A stretch of 63,068 nt of DNA, filler included, from Rhabdomonas costata (Eukaryota): assembly GCA_019059605.1 (NCBI GenBank). It is 19 parts of 19 records of this genome, joined end to end, with 100 filler letters (N's around TTAATTAATTAA, not from the genome) between each part and the next. Parts side by side here need not be neighbours in the genome. Positions count along the whole stretch, not along the records: positions 36,583 to 39,830 come from JAHMHO010001159.1; positions 39,931 to 43,151 come from JAHMHO010001160.1; positions 43,252 to 46,470 come from JAHMHO010001161.1; positions 46,571 to 49,790 come from JAHMHO010001162.1; 15 more parts are not named here. One strand, given 5' to 3'. Position numbers and translations under genes: made by a program. The notes under the pieces were generated by a model. That model made no database searches. It had not been told where the DNA came from and saw only the letters and a list, made by a program, of their open reading frames with translations. Positions 39,489-49,890 of the stretch are shown piece by piece (position 1 is the stretch's first letter; each line of letters begins with the position of its first letter).

Positions 39489-40123
39489 CTATATCCGGAA
39501 AAGCCATACACAAAGCACGGCAGATGCATTCGGGCCATGCGTCTTGGAGAGGAACATTTCATTCGGGTAACTGCTTCCAGCATAAGGAGGGGCACGAGGA
39601 GTAACCCACTCAAGGGTCACATGTGATGCGATTATTTCGGAGCAGGACCAGAGTTTGGAGCAATATTACATCATTGCCTCCCCCAGCTGCACAAGGTCCG
39701 TGCTGTTAGACGTCGCCCACATGAACGTGGACTTTGCGATGTTGCCATTTTAGTTCTGAAGTAAAATAACCAAGCGGATAACATGGAAAATTCAGGCATA
39801 GCTGAAACTGACTAGAGCAGCCAATTCTACNNNNNNNNNNNNNNNNNNNNNNNNNNNNNNNNNNNNNNNNNNNNTTAATTAATTAANNNNNNNNNNNNNN
39901 NNNNNNNNNNNNNNNNNNNNNNNNNNNNNNTCCAGAGGAATGACGGAAATTTTAATACAAGGACCGCCACCATGGGCAAGAAAAACCATTAAAAACATAA
40001 TTAAAACAGGAAGAACGAAAAATCCGCCTGCGGGGGCAGGCGACTGAGGAACCATCAGTGATGTGTAGGGCTGAAGGAGACTGCAGCGTGGTCTCCTCAG
40101 GGAGAAGAACGCCACCAATTTGG

Positions 40124-42730
40124 TCAATCCCCATATCCCGAAGATGAAGTCGCCGCGGCGCCACGAGAAGACCTGATCCGCGGAGCTAGAGAGGGTAAGC
40201 TCGATCGACGGACCACATTCGGGCGGTTAATGGCAGGAAGGGATGGCTGGCTTGACCTTCGCATGGCCTCAGAACGCCGGTTGCCAGATCCAGCCTGCTT
40301 CTTTTGACGCAAAAGCGTCAGGTTGTTCAAACTACACATGACATCCGGATGCGCAGGACCAAAGTGAATCCTTCGGATTCGCAAGGACTCCTGAAAAAGA
40401 CCCTCCGCCTCTCCATATTTTCCCAGCTTTGTCAGCAGAATGGCAAGGTTGTTAAGTGTACTCGCAACATCAGGATGGTCCTTTCCCAAAAGCTTTGTGC
40501 GTATCCGCAGCGATTCCTGGTACAGCGGTTCCGCGTCCTGCAGCTTCTCCTGATCCTTGAGAATCAGGGCAAGATTGTTCAGGCTTGCAGCAACATCAGG
40601 ATGATCTTCACCGAGCCGAAGCTTCTGAATCCGTAATGACTCCCGATACAAGGGCTCTGCTTCAGCATATTTCTTTTGGTCGCTGTATAGATTGGCAAGG
40701 TTGTTCATACTTGTAGCAACATCAGGGTGGTCTTCGCCCAGCTGCTGCTTTTTCAGTTGCAGGGATTCCACAAAGAGAGGCTCAGCTTGATCATACTGCT
40801 TCTGTGCCTTGTACAAAAGAGCAAGATTGTTGAGACTTGTTGCGACTGTGGGGTGGTCATTTCCCAACTCTCGCCTCCAGATTCGCAACGACTCCCGAAA
40901 TAGTGGCTCGGCTTTCTCGTACTTGCCCTGCTTCATATAAACACTGGCAAGGTTATTCAAACCATTTGCTACGTCAGAATGCTCGCTGCCCAGATGATGC
41001 TTTTTGATACGCACCGACTCTTGGTACAGGGACACCGCTTCTTCAAATCTTCTCTGGCTACTGTACAGGTTGGCCAGGTTGTTCAGTGTCGCTGCAACAT
41101 CGGGGTGATCCTTGTCCAACAGGAGCTTTTTGGTCCCCAGCGATTGCTTATAGAGCAGCTCTGCTTCTTCGTATTTTCCTTCTTCCTCCAAAAGATTCGC
41201 CAAGACAGTCTTGCCCTTAGCAACAACAAGGGAATCAGACCCATGGGTGTCTACATCGGCTTGTATCCGATTCTGGATTATCTCCTTCGCTTCCGCAATG
41301 CTGCCCCCATCGCTGAAAAAGTCATTCGTTAAACCCCAAAACTCATCGACGGCTTCCAGAACAACAACACAAACCTGATCCACCCCGCTCGGTCCGCTGT
41401 AAGCCACTCCCAGCTGGGTGCCGAGCTCAGCCTTTGAAACCATCGTCATGCTTTTGAGCCGAAATTGCTGTCCAAGAGGATAAAGCACTTCCCTTTCCTC
41501 TGGGTACAGTGAAAGCTCTGAGATTCGTGCCGGGAGGCACCGCGGATTGCGAATCTCGTTCTCCGAGATTAAGAACATCGTATTGGCTTCGAACTCCTCC
41601 AGCAGATCCATAGCCTTCTCAGGACTTGTGGTGCACGACGTGAAACCTTCGAAGGAGATAAGGTTTTTCTTTGGATCCCTTTGTGGAGCGTATTTTGCTT
41701 GCAGCTCGGCGCTCAATTTCAAGCTACGGTAGCATGGGCCCCTGTAAGGCTTAGTTTTCGTCAGGTGCCGCACTGCGGTCTGCAGCAGCCTCACAAAGGG
41801 TGCTAAGTGAACCTGGGCTTCATCTCGATTCCGCATCACGGCATTCACGGCGCGGAACAAAAAAGACTCCAGGGTGTACAAACGCACGGCCACCTCAAAC
41901 AACTTTTTATCGCTGCCGTCTTGGTATGCCTCCATGAGAATCTGCGCAATCTGCTCCGGGCTGGGGTGCCGGGCCCAGAAATCGCCCTGGGTGTGCTCCT
42001 GCTTTTTGAGATGTTCCCCTCGAAGCTTAGACCACTCCGCATACCTCACCTTTCCACTAAGATAGGCACGCCCTTCTGCCAAAATTCCCTCGCACAGCTG
42101 CTCTGCGGAGACTGCCGCTCGATGAAAAGGAATATTCCGGTCCCCAATCAGAGGGCTGACCGCAACACTCCGCACAAAGTTCTTGTTGTAGGTGCGCATC
42201 TTCACCGGACCACTCATTCGTTCTGCCCCGCTGGCACATTCCAACTCGCATCCCAGGAAGGCTTCCATGGCTTTCAGGCATTCCGGATGCTCCTTGGCCT
42301 GCCTTGTGCAAATGTCCACGGGGCTTTCTCCCCAGTGGTTCCGCATCATCCGCAGGTCAATGGACCTGTGGCTGTTCGTACCGTAGTGCCCCAGAAGCCA
42401 CACCAGAGCCTTGTAATGGCCCCGATCCGCAGCAACATGAGCAGGGCAACTCCCGGTGCTGGGTTCGGTCCAATACAAACAGCCGTCTCCGCAAAACACA
42501 AAACCGACAGACATCGCAGCAGTGCTCCCCTGGCGCGCCGCGCGGTACATCACCGATGGATACGGTTCACTTCGGAGGAGCTCCGGGGTGTGTGGCGTGA
42601 GATTGGAGAGGAGGACATGCAGCCCGGCTGCGTCGCCATTTGCAATGAGTGCAAAGACGTCTGTAGATGGGCCTGCAGGTTCTTCATTTGCCAAGAAATC
42701 TCCATAGCTGGCAGAAGGAACACGTTGCAT
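40124..42730 (-). CDS. Intronless ankyrin + R-S-E clan ADP-ribosyltransferase + kinesin-light-chain-like TPR repeat protein
   Basis: Probable start MQRVP at 42730. Ankyrin-like PAHVAADRGH...L and GESPVD. ART motifs LYT.E..L...VN..MR, CYRSL, FTSCT and YPEEREVLYP. About 7 repeats of 42 aa (HPDVA..LNNLA.LY..Q.KY..AEPL..ESL.I). Confidence 0.88.
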   Translation of the reverse strand: MQRVPSASYGDFLANEEPAGPSTDVFALIANGDAAGLHVLLSNLTPHTPELLRSEPYPSVMYRAARQGSTAAMSVGFVFCGDGCLYWTEPSTGSCPAHVAADRGHYKALVWLLGHYGTNSHRSIDLRMMRNHWGESPVDICTRQAKEHPECLKAMEAFLGCELECASGAERMSGPVKMRTYNKNFVRSVAVSPLIGDRNIPFHRAAVSAEQLCEGILAEGRAYLSGKVRYAEWSKLRGEHLKKQEHTQGDFWARHPSPEQIAQILMEAYQDGSDKKLFEVAVRLYTLESFLFRAVNAVMRNRDEAQVHLAPFVRLLQTAVRHLTKTKPYRGPCYRSLKLSAELQAKYAPQRDPKKNLISFEGFTSCTTSPEKAMDLLEEFEANTMFLISENEIRNPRCLPARISELSLYPEEREVLYPLGQQFRLKSMTMVSKAELGTQLGVAYSGPSGVDQVCVVVLEAVDEFWGLTNDFFSDGGSIAEAKEIIQNRIQADVDTHGSDSLVVAKGKTVLANLLEEEGKYEEAELLYKQSLGTKKLLLDKDHPDVAATLNNLANLYSSQRRFEEAVSLYQESVRIKKHHLGSEHSDVANGLNNLASVYMKQGKYEKAEPLFRESLRIWRRELGNDHPTVATSLNNLALLYKAQKQYDQAEPLFVESLQLKKQQLGEDHPDVATSMNNLANLYSDQKKYAEAEPLYRESLRIQKLRLGEDHPDVAASLNNLALILKDQEKLQDAEPLYQESLRIRTKLLGKDHPDVASTLNNLAILLTKLGKYGEAEGLFQESLRIRRIHFGPAHPDVMCSLNNLTLLRQKKQAGSGNRRSEAMRRSSQPSLPAINRPNVVRRSSLPSLAPRIRSSRGAAATSSSGYGD

Positions 42731-43251
42731 TTGGAAAAAAGTACTTGTGTAAAGAAACCCAAGGAGTACCAGAGAGTAAACGTGCACGGGGGTAATAATC
42801 TGCAGAATGAAGAGAGAACTTTTCGTTTCGAAAAGCGAGGGCAGCCTCAAGCTTACAATAGAAGCAAAATTGGGCTTCGGATGGGCCTTTGTCTATACTT
42901 TTGGCTTTTACGGGTTGGAGTCGTGCCCTTTTCTGCGGCGCTGCTTGCGAAGCAATCAGGAGGTAAGATTTTAATATAAAGAAAAAGAATACCAGCTTTG
43001 AAGGATGCATTGCCGCATCGTCCGTTTCGAGCTCGCTGTATGCCAAATGTGCTGTTATTCAAAAAATAGATCCACCCGTCCAAGGTCATAAGCTCGAAAG
43101 ATCAGCCGTTCGAATGAACGAAATTCGCTCAATGCTCCAACCAGTTTTGAANNNNNNNNNNNNNNNNNNNNNNNNNNNNNNNNNNNNNNNNNNNNTTAAT
43201 TAATTAANNNNNNNNNNNNNNNNNNNNNNNNNNNNNNNNNNNNNNNNNNNN

Positions 43252-43690
43252 GTTGTGGACCTTCGTGTCCTGGGATTCGACAATGCTGGCGTCCACATCC
43301 ACACTCACACCGTTGTCGAATCCCAGGACACGAAGGTCCCCAGGACGCCGAAGAGCCAGGTTGCACAGCGGCATCTCTATCGCACATGCTAAGCCAGCGG
43401 CCTCCGTAACCAGTACAAGGGCATCCCGCGGGGCATTGTGAGCCAGCGAGGACACTGCATCTGTCGAACGCCGAGAAGGGCAGGCCGAGTGCTGGGCAGA
43501 GAGCTGGTAAACAAGGCAACCTTTTCTGCTTATAGTTTGTCGGTGCTGCTGTAGACCCTCCGAATCGTGGGGCAAGAAGCGGTGCAACATGAGCCACCAA
43601 GGGGCTCCACAACCGGCCGAGGGTAAAAGGTCAGGAAACCCCCAATAACCTGCCACGCAGCGTTTCGGCAAGCCTACTGTACACACCTAA
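43252..43690 (-). mobile_element. Decayed non-LTR retrotransposon, C-terminal restriction-like endonuclease (CRE/R2-like) region
   Basis: HNAPRDAL...EAAGLACAIE.PL....RRPGDL.....VDVDASIV matches the RH..vrd..aG...E...RP.D...vDV REL signature. Frameshifted upstream. Confidence 0.65.
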
Positions 43691-43740
43691 GACCCCAGCT
43701 TCGCCTTAGCCGTCTTGCAACGTGAAAACTGGGCATTAGT

Positions 43741-45072
43741 ATGGCGGGTAATTTAGTGTGAACTGTCTCTTGGTCACTGCGGATCGTCTGTTCTGATTTA
43801 CGACAAGAGCAGGTTTTCACAAGAAATGTGATTAGTTGGTGTTGCTTTCAGGTTCCCAGTGCTGCATTGTGTACGCCGCTGTGGGAGTGCTGCTGCTGGC
43901 ATGTGCTCCATTCGTTCGGATCTTTCCTGCGTTGACTTGCTATTTGGTCTTCCGTGAAGTTTTTTTACACCAAACGTCGTTCCTGCGGAACACAACTTAT
44001 TGGGAATGATTTTTTGATTCTTCCAATCTTGCTAACATCCGATTGTGCGGTGGTGGGTTTCTCAAGATTCTGTTTTGGATTCTGATCCACTCGGACAACA
44101 TCACTTTCAAGCTGCAGTTTCTTGAGTACCTCCATGAGTCCGGTAAAGGGATGGCCGACTACCCTGAGTTCAAGGCCCAGAAGGTTTGACGGCGCACGAG
44201 AAACGCCAGATTATTTACCCATTTCTTTTTGGCACGGAGGCATAAGTGCATTTATGGCCGCTCCTATCATGTGCATTTCTGCCCCCCACCCACCCACATA
44301 AACAAACAAACAACCCAGTGCATGTCCAACGAATGAGAGCACCTAGGATCAGCCCCATGACATAGAAAGAGTCCTAAGGAGCATTGTGTGTGGGCATCCC
44401 GGAAAAGCAACAGAGGACACATAAGGGGGAATTTCACTTCGCCAGACAAAGCTCAAAGAATATTCAGAAAGATCGATAAAAAGCTCGAAAAAAATTCTCC
44501 AATTTTCAAAAAAAAATCCAACGTTTCGGAAAATTTCGATTTATGTGAAAATTCACCGCTTAAGCACCAACTCGCCAAGTGAACTCACCAAGTGAGTTCA
44601 GAATCCAAGTGACCGTCTACACCAAAATCCGGACTTTCAGGGAAGGGGGAGGGGAGCGGAAAGAGCCATCGTCGGGGAAATCCTTACTCTGAAGAACGCA
44701 CACACGCACTGGGACACGTTCACCAAGAGGCGTACGGGGGCACGCATACTACGCGCAGAAAGGTTCCAGAAAAAGAACAGGAACAGGCGGAGGCTGTGCG
44801 CGCACTCACCGGGACACCGCCCGATGTTAGGTGATGTTAGGTGTTAGGTGCACTGGGCTCAGCAATAAAAATGTGAAGGAGATGAGTTGCAATGCTGCTC
44901 TGCCCAATCTGTCATTCTCTGATATAGGACGTGTGTTTGCGTATTTGCTATTCATTTTCAGGAGAAAGCTTGCTTGATCGCTGCGGTGATCTACGCCGTG
45001 ATATGGGTTGCGTCCTTTGTTGGGTTGAAGGTCACCGGGCGAAAGAGAAGCGCTGAGCTTGAGTCTTCATGA
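43741..45072 (+). CDS. RNASEK: RNase kappa / V-ATPase subunit f homologue, 4 exons, about 93 aa
   Basis: Exons 43741-43747 (tentative), 43852-43898, 44067-44183 and 44962-45072. Protein: MAGSQCCIVYAAVGVLLLILFWILIHSDNITF...KEKACLIAAVIYAVIWVASFVGLK. Two TM segments with C.IV...GV and C.IAA.IY motifs. Confidence 0.75.
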
Positions 45073-46279
45073 GCAAATTGGAGTGAGTGCGAGGGGGCCC
45101 TTGCCCTTTCCTGTTGCCCTTTTTTGTATGGTGTGGTTACGCAGCTCTAGATTTTGGACCTTATACATCAAGGGCAGCGTCTTCGGAACTGTTTGCGCCA
45201 TTTTTCCCGTGGGACGCTTGGCTGAACCTGACCTGTGCGAACGATATGTGCGATGTGTGTTGTGCCTTTCTGCTTTTTGTCGGGTATTGTGGGTTGGCCC
45301 TGGACTTCTGGTTCCAGTGATGGGGGACGTCGCTTTACAGATTAAAGAATAGGCCGCAACTGTGGATTCTAATGAGTGACCGGCTTTGTGGTTCCCGATG
45401 CTCAAACATCGGACTTCTGAATGGGAAATAACATGAAAATGACAGCCTACAACAACGACAACAGGCTACAACATCGCACGAAAAGCGAGAAGAGTCTGGA
45501 GAACCGCCCGCTTGCTGGCACTTCTTGTCTTGAGCTCTTGAAAGTCATCTTCGCCGCTTTCCTTCTTTCGTTTTTGCATTTCCCTGTTCCGTTCCCCCAT
45601 GGCCTGCGCTGCTTTCCCAAGCTCTCGACACAACTGTGTTGCGACTTTCAGTGGTCGCTGCGTTCCCTTGTTTGCGCGCGGTGTCCTCGCAGAACCCGTT
45701 ATTTGATTGCCATATTGAACTAACCATTGAATTGAAGAGAGAAAAACACCAAGGATGCCCGCAATCCCTTGTCCAGGAACGAACAACCGGCGCGCGCCCC
45801 GCACAAGCGCTCCATTTTCAGCATCCCTTTTGTTGCGGGAAAACTTTAGCTTGAAATCGGCCCCGCCGCGGCATGAAGGTTTTTTTTGGGGGGCTACCCG
45901 CAGTTTCAGGGCAACGGCCTTTCTATGGGCCCTTCCCTCCTTTCCACCAAGGGAACAAAAAAAGAGGAACGGACGCCAAGAAAACCAGGTGGGAAAAACG
46001 ACAGTTAGGAGCATCAAGGCGTTTGCCCCAATACTGCAAATATTGAATCTTCGCATAACAACATTCGCAACATTTGTCCGATCATCTAAAGCCGTGTGGG
46101 GCATATCAAGGGCGTGTCGCCAGCATTCCAGAAGTTGCGGGATTGTATCAGGGAAGCAAGAAATAGCCCATCCCGTGTGAATGTGCGTCAGGTGTATCCA
46201 GACGTGTCGCCATAAGCAAGAGCTTGGTGTGAACGCATGGTTCAAGGTTGGAAAGCATTGGAAGAAATTGCGAGAGTGA

Positions 46280-46463
46280 GTGAGAGTTCTCGGACAGGAG
46301 ATAAGGGAGAGGAAAGGAGTGCATTGAGAGAACGGACACCAATATTCTGTTGTATGGGGAATTGGTATTGAATTGGTATTGAATTGGTATTTCCGAGGTT
46401 GTACGGGCAGATTTCTCAATGCACTCCTTTCCTCTCCCTTATCTCCTGTCCGAGAACTCTCAC
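46280..46463. repeat. Perfect 50-bp inverted repeat with an 84-nt loop (MITE-like or fold-back)
   Basis: 46280-46329 is the exact reverse complement of 46414-46463. The loop carries gaattggtatt x3. Confidence 0.9.
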
Positions 46464-46570
46464 CCACACCNNNNNNNNNNNNNNNNNNNNNNNNNNNNNN
46501 NNNNNNNNNNNNNNTTAATTAATTAANNNNNNNNNNNNNNNNNNNNNNNNNNNNNNNNNNNNNNNNNNNN

Positions 46571-49490
46571 GGTGGTTGGGGCAGGTCAGAGTGGAGTTGA
46601 GCTGCTCGCTGCACGTCGGCGCTGCGGAGAATAAAAAAATAGAGCTGTAAAGCAGGAATGAATACTCACAAGGGTGCCTCTGCCATACGTCGAATGGAGT
46701 TGGGGTTTACCAAATAAAAGAATGAGAAGTCAACAAAGACGCATCAAACACACTAAGGAGAAACGAGCAAACAACGACGCGAAGCCCTTCATTGCAAGTG
46801 GCGGCATGACAATATGCATGCAGTGACGAAAGAGGTGATTACAACGCGGGCTTCGTGAAGAAAGACGATGACGATAAGGGGAGGGGCACGGTGCTTTCAC
46901 CTTGCTGGCAGCATTCCGTGCTGTTGCACTGCTGTGGGATAGCACAGGTGATCTGGGGCTGTTTTAGCCTCAACACGTAGGTCGAGGGGCAGCTCAGCAA
47001 ATCCTGCTCAGCGCAGGTAGTTGAATTCACTGCGAAAAAGAATCCAGTCAATAGCACCAGAGGGCCAAACATGCGCGAATTAAAACAATGGAACAGGCGC
47101 GAGAACTAATACTCTTTGCAACACCGTTGGAAAAAGGAAGCAAGTTCTGGCACACAATCAGGAAGCCAGCGTGCGAAGTTCCATTCTGCTGGGTAAATGA
47201 TGTGCTTAGGGCGGATACCTGGTTTGCAGCACTCTTCCTGCTGGCACACCCCGGCAGCGCAGAACACGGTGCTCAGGTTTGCTTTGGGGGTGGGCAGCTT
47301 GCCGTTGCACTGCACGCTGGGCTGCTCCGCGCAGGTCGACTCTACAGTGGTTTTTGAGTGTGCCGCAGGGAATCGAAAGAAGAGTCTAACGCCATGCCGA
47401 TGTCCAGAAAGGATCAAGGAAAATAACCAAGGTTTTTACGAGCAAGCCAAGGTCCACTCCTCACATACCATACAGGAGGCGACACCACTTCCGAGCTTGT
47501 TGAACATGGAAGGTTACCGACCTCAGCTCTCTGCTAGAAAACGTCTTGACGCCTTCAGTGCGTGCATAGGAAAAGAAGAAGAGGAAGGAGATGTACGTTT
47601 CAGAACAAACCCAGCACAAAGAAGAAGACGTTCAGACAGGGAAAGGGGACACACGGTGCACGCAGCAATCCATGACGTTGCAGGTGTGCGTCGCGCAGAG
47701 GGTGGTGGAGGGGCTGCCCACAACCACCGTGCCGCTCAAACACGCCACAGACTGGCTCGCGCAGGTCGGCGCTGTGAGCGCAAAAACGAATCCGCGGTCA
47801 AAAGCATTACGACGGAATGGGAGATTAAATCCCGCGCTGGTTTATGGCCAGCACGGTTGGGACAAACCATATAACCCGATCCCTGGCGCTGAAGAAAATC
47901 CCTTGAAACTGGGGACGACAGGGTGAAAGGACGTGATGTTCAGAGATGTTGGTCGATTTGTCACCTGCTGCGGTTTAACGACGAGAGAACAAGGGCCCGA
48001 CTACACAGAAAAATAGGTATCATCGCCCCCCGCCCTCAGCAGTGAACGAAAAAAGAGAAACAATAGAAATAAAGGTAGGCAGCTGTAGGGGTGCACCGTT
48101 CTCACAACACTCTTCCTCTAGGCAGGTTGAGCTGTTGCAAGTGATCTGGCTCAACTTGGGCCTCATCACCCGCCCCGATACACAGGTCACCATGGAACTT
48201 TGCACATCGCAGGTAGGAACTGCAGGAACGGAAGAAAGGGAGAGAATCTAGCGTGCGCGAGCACCTTCCACCAAAAAGAACTATTACTATCGAAACTACT
48301 ATTACTATCGAGGTAGGTAACACAGTAAAAACCGAGAATGAGGATGATATCATCATCACAGGCAAAGTCTCCTTTCCAACACGGCATCGAATACACACAA
48401 GACGCACCGAATACGTGGGGCCTTTGCTGGCATACGAAGCGGTCAGTGGATTTCAAAATCCTAACCACTCGCTACAATACGAGCCTATCGGGGGCATCTC
48501 GATGAAAACAATAGCCATAGAGAGGCATACGAGGCTTGCAACACTCGTTCTGCGTGCAGTTTGTGGGTGAGGCGCAGGTTGACCCGCTGAGGTCCGACTT
48601 CAGCACAAGGCCCGGTCCGCATGACACCTCTGGAGCTTCCGCGCAGGTCCGCGCTGAAGAAAGCGAAACAAAGCCCAATTGACGCAGGTGGGGCAAATTA
48701 CAAAGCTGCGCATAACTATCTGGACCAAAAAATATAGCGAACACCATCCGTGAGACAATCAATCGCAGTGCGACATGTATACGTGATATTTACCCAATGC
48801 AAGATGCTGCAAAAGACTCCACATACAAAACTCGATTATCCCGCCTTCATTCTGAGAACAGCAGTCGCAGTTCAGAAACCACAAGCAGGAAAGAAGAAAA
48901 AGGAGGGGAAAAAATCACAGGAGGCAAATCAGAAAAGTAAAAACGTTGAGGTGAAAGGAAGCATTGCAGAGAAACCTAATTACAGAGAAAGCAGAAGAAA
49001 ATGAAGAGAACATGTGAGGGTGGGAGACGGACAGAATTTGAAAGAACAAAAAAGGAAACGCCAGGGCGATGAGCGAGCAAGCGGCACATAGGGAGCGGGT
49101 GGACTAGAACAATGATCAAAAGTAGGAGCGCCATGCAGTGCAACCCACCACACCGCCTGCTGCCCTTGAAACACACAACAAAACCGACCAAAAAGACCAA
49201 CCTTGGAACCTATAAAATCAGAAAATGGCCCACACATGAACTACCGGCTGTGGGCACAGAAGCAGAGAATAGCGAGGTGAGGGGAAAACAACAAGCAGCT
49301 AAAAAATAGGCACACATACGGCATGGATCAGCGTTACAGGGCGTGGTAAGGGCTTCGTTGGCGGAATAGTTGCAATGCGCCCCGCCGTTGGCCTCGGGAG
49401 TAAGCACGAAATATGTCTGCGACTGCACCCCAGTGCCGCAGCTCTGACTGCATGGCGTCGGCGGGGCGAGGTATCCCACACAGTCCACCG
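46571..49490 (-). CDS. Extracellular Cys-rich protein: TSP1 domain followed by at least 6 TC..C..C..C..CC modules, one per exon
   Basis: Exons 49490-49320 (TSP1: CSQSCGTGVQSQTY.V......GGA.C), 48653-48531, 48219-48097, 47771-47655, 47341-47219, 47029-46901 and 46621 onward. All introns are GT-AG, phase 1. Confidence 0.85.
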
Positions 49491-49890
49491 CTGAGAGAAA
49501 CAACGAGGCATGGTGCACAACTGCCTGTGCTGCAAAGGAGGAAAAAGTAAGCTCCGCAAGTGAGAAGTCATTCAAGTTTTCGCCTCATACCCGTCCCTCA
49601 CACTGAAAAACCACACAAAAACCAAAAGAACCCGAATCCGGGCAATATTCTGTTATTCAAACCGAGGTTCAAACCAAAAGTAACTAACCAAATATAAGCC
49701 ACCAGATGCGGAGGGGGGGGGGTAACTACCGTGAGACAAAAAATAAACGCCGCAGCAGTAATCGACGTTCACCTAATTTAACACCCCACCNNNNNNNNNN
49801 NNNNNNNNNNNNNNNNNNNNNNNNNNNNNNNNNNTTAATTAATTAANNNNNNNNNNNNNNNNNNNNNNNNNNNNNNNNNNNNNNNNNNNN

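Noticed and set aside
41807..42979. 390-aa plus-strand ORF
   Set aside because: It is the antisense shadow of the ankyrin-ART-TPR gene.
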